IMG/VR virus record: IMGVR_UViG_3300025000_000382
Location: 1-26,390 of that record
Length of the DNA stretch: 26,390 nt
DNA from: a virus
Lineage: Duplodnaviria; Caudoviricetes
Direction: 5' to 3' (one strand)
The translations under genes and the position numbers were made by a program. Below the pieces are notes generated by a model. That model was not told the origin of the DNA. It saw only the letters and a program-made list of their open reading frames with translations, and made no database searches. Below, one piece after another: positions 24,138 to 26,390 of the stretch (position 1 is its first letter; each line of letters starts with the position of its first letter).

Positions 24138-25691
24138 TTACCTCTTCGTTTTTCCTGTCCTGAACTGCCAGCCTTCCGCAATCAGGTTGACCAGATGCAG
24201 GATTGCCTGCGAGAATGCGTCAATGGGATCGTCAATCTTCGCGTTCGGAAACTTGAACAACAACTCCTCGAAATCAAACAACCACGGGACATGCTCGCTC
24301 GGCATTGGTAGGAGGATGCAATCCCTGGCACACCACGTGCTAGCCTGCCGTGCCCGTGCCGGCTTATTGTCACTGCCTGGATTGAATGACAGGATCAGCG
24401 GGGCGGTTTCATCGGTCTGCCGCAAGGTCTGGATGAGCGAGATGCCAGAGCCTTTATTCTCGATGATGATCCCGCGCAGTTTGCCGTCATAGTTCCATCG
24501 CTTCGCCTGGTCGCTTACCTCGCTCACGAGCGCCGGGTATTGCAGTTTCTTCCACTCAGCCAGGCGCAATGCCAGGTGATAATCGGGTGTCAATTCGAGT
24601 ACATTCATACCCGTTGTGTCGGCGGCGTTGGTGTCCACAAAAGCTGTATCGAACGAAAGCCACCGCGCCACGATTCGATTAAAGAATTTTTTATCCGTCG
24701 CGTCGTATCGGTTCTTTCCATCGAACCATTCCCGCAGGTAGATCGCTCCACCTTTGGGCGCTGGTCGTTGTTGCAGTTCGCCGGCCGCCCCGTCCCCCAA
24801 CAGCGTCTCCGTGTCCGAAACAACCTTTTCATCGAAGAGTTGGGGAAAGAGCAATTCGCCCGGCGTGGTACGTGGATCGCTCAGCCCGATGGACGAGAAG
24901 AATCGCTTCGGTTCATAACGTGCCGGCAAGACCAGGTGCTCGAAGCGTGGGAACTTCGGATTATTTTTCATCTCCTCGAGCAGGTGTCCCGTTGGATCGT
25001 TATCATGCAGTCTCTGCATGATCAACAGCCTCCGCATTTCCTTGGGGTTGTCACCGCGCGTGCCAAACGTGGACTTGACCGCCTCGTTGGACAATTCCCG
25101 CGCCGCGTCCGAATCCTTCTTGTTCTTGTCCAGCGGATCATCCCAGACGATGTAATTGCCGCGGTGGCCGGTCCAACCGCTGTCCACTGAAATGCTGACG
25201 CGATGCCCGGTCTTTTCGTTCTCATAGCGGCTCTTCACGTTCTGGTCGCCAGTCATCTGGAAGAGATCGGAAAAGCAATCTTGATACCAACTGGATTGGA
25301 TCAAGCGTCGGCTTCGCACCGCGTCGCGCACGGCCAGGTCGTGGGCATGACTGCCGCCGAGGAAGCGCGCCGCCGGCGTCTTGATCCACACCCACGTGGG
25401 GAAGAACACGGAGCAGATCATGCTTTTTGCATGTCCCGGGGGTATATTGATGATAAGGTTCTGGATCTGGAGGGAATAAAGCGCCTCCAGATATTCGCAG
25501 ATAAATCCGATGTGCCAATTGTCAATGAACTCCGCCGCCTGCTCCACAATCGGCCATGCAGACTGCACATAGAAGTGCAGACTACGATTGCACTTCTCTG
25601 CTTCAATCTCCTTGATGGATGGCAGTATCGTGATCGAGTTTGGTGCGCTCGAGGATTTGTACCGCTTCCTGGATTTTGTCAAGATCGTCAT
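24138..25691 (-). CDS. terL: Terminase large subunit
   Basis: LIINIPPGHAKS (Walker A), YIVWDDP (Walker B), IMQRLH, SFDTA, IENKGSG, DDPIDAFSQA; start uncertain. Confidence 0.95.
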   Translation of the reverse strand: MTILTKSRKRYKSSSAPNSITILPSIKEIEAEKCNRSLHFYVQSAWPIVEQAAEFIDNWHIGFICEYLEALYSLQIQNLIINIPPGHAKSMICSVFFPTWVWIKTPAARFLGGSHAHDLAVRDAVRSRRLIQSSWYQDCFSDLFQMTGDQNVKSRYENEKTGHRVSISVDSGWTGHRGNYIVWDDPLDKNKKDSDAARELSNEAVKSTFGTRGDNPKEMRRLLIMQRLHDNDPTGHLLEEMKNNPKFPRFEHLVLPARYEPKRFFSSIGLSDPRTTPGELLFPQLFDEKVVSDTETLLGDGAAGELQQRPAPKGGAIYLREWFDGKNRYDATDKKFFNRIVARWLSFDTAFVDTNAADTTGMNVLELTPDYHLALRLAEWKKLQYPALVSEVSDQAKRWNYDGKLRGIIIENKGSGISLIQTLRQTDETAPLILSFNPGSDNKPARARQASTWCARDCILLPMPSEHVPWLFDFEELLFKFPNAKIDDPIDAFSQAILHLVNLIAEGWQFRTGKTKR

Positions 25692-26265
25692 TGCTTAGGT
25701 ATTTTCCTAATACCTTCAAATCGTATGGCTGATGCAGAAGAGGCGCTCCATCTCTTCCGGTCACTTCATGCTTCTTCGGAGCCAACGCGCCGAAAACCTT
25801 GGCCTTCACCTCGACGGATTCGGTAATGCGCTTCAAAAATTGTGGTTCACCCGCCGATCCTTTCAGGATTTGCTCGATAGGATGCTCTTCGCGTTTTTTT
25901 ACAACACGCACCAATTCCTTGCTTCTTTCCCAGGCTTCAGCCGCTTCGTGTCGCACCCAATCCATTGCGATGCCGGCCTCAGCCTTGATCGTGTCCACCT
26001 CCACCTTATGCGCCGCAATATATTCCTTCTCCGCCTCCTTAATCATCTTCTCAACGGCCTGGTGGTGGGACCTCAGTGGATAATTGGGAAACAGTTCATT
26101 GAGTTTTTTCGTGATCTCAGCAAATGTCATGTGGGGATTCATCACGCGCATTTCCCACGCCTTATATTTGCGCGCGCTGGATACCTCAGACGGCAGCGGA
26201 TGTCGATTCTGCTTGATTGATTTCTTTTTCTCTTTCTGAGTTGCGCCTTTCTTAGTGGTGGTCAT
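25603..26265 (-). CDS. terS: Terminase small subunit
   Basis: Directly upstream of TerL; HTH-like MTFAEITKKL; C-terminal KHEVTGRDGAPL motif. Confidence 0.8.
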   Translation of the reverse strand: MTTTKKGATQKEKKKSIKQNRHPLPSEVSSARKYKAWEMRVMNPHMTFAEITKKLNELFPNYPLRSHHQAVEKMIKEAEKEYIAAHKVEVDTIKAEAGIAMDWVRHEAAEAWERSKELVRVVKKREEHPIEQILKGSAGEPQFLKRITESVEVKAKVFGALAPKKHEVTGRDGAPLLHQPYDLKVLGKYLSNDDLDKIQEAVQILERTKLDHDTAIHQGD

Positions 26266-26390
26266 TACGCGCGCTCCAGTCTTTTCGGCTCGATGCCTGT
26301 TGCATCCTCGAACCTCTGCAAGGCTACGGCCACGAATGCCGGCTCGATCTCTGCCGCATAGACGCGTCGGCCTTCCTGCTGGCCGGCCAG
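26265..26390 (-). CDS. C-terminus of an N6/N4 DNA methyltransferase (partial)
   Basis: LAGQQEGRRVYAAEIEPAFVAVALQRFEDATGIEPKRLERA*, matching the GR..Y..E..P.F..V...R...TG tail of phage N6_N4 MTases; TAATG overlap with terS. Confidence 0.8.
   Translation of the reverse strand: MAGQQEGRRVYAAEIEPAFVAVALQRFEDATGIEPKRLERA

Larger units (their letters stand above)
1..26390. mobile_element. Temperate tailed phage (siphovirus-like), partial genome in excised/attP form
   Basis: Continuous packaging, head, tail, lysis, integration and immunity modules; no sheath gene; no host housekeeping genes; att core is internal to phage genes. Confidence 0.95.

Noticed and set aside
26061-26072. GTGGTGGG match to the loop region of the putative sRNA
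   Set aside because: Short enough to be chance, and the terS mRNA carries it in the same sense as the sRNA, so they cannot pair

Overview
The whole window is one temperate siphovirus-like phage genome segment. An intact attP (the 3' half of tRNA-Pro(CGG)) lies between phage genes, so this is the excised or free form rather than an integrated prophage. The minus strand carries the lytic genes, read right to left: DNA methyltransferase C-terminus, TerS/TerL, portal, gp7-like minor head protein, scaffold, decoration protein, major capsid, neck proteins, tail tube, tail chaperones with a -1 frameshift, a short tape measure protein, tail-tip/fibre genes and a lysis cassette. The plus strand (1228-4145) carries the lysogeny module: XRE repressor, three membrane or accessory genes, attP and a tyrosine integrase. 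Diverging leftward from the repressor is an early operon encoding an RHH protein, a Zn-finger protein and an ORF absent from the supplied track that looks like a catalytically dead tyrosine-recombinase domain. Other notable elements missing from the track: a probable ~115-nt antisense sRNA overlapping a 46-aa membrane peptide gene (type I TA-like layout), a 33-aa candidate micro-holin coupled to an endolysin split into separate GH25 and SH3b genes, four TTTCC-N5-GGAAA operators, and a structured leader before the capsid genes. A Chloroflexota (Anaerolineae-like) host is only an inference. All calls come from reading the sequence; no searches were run.
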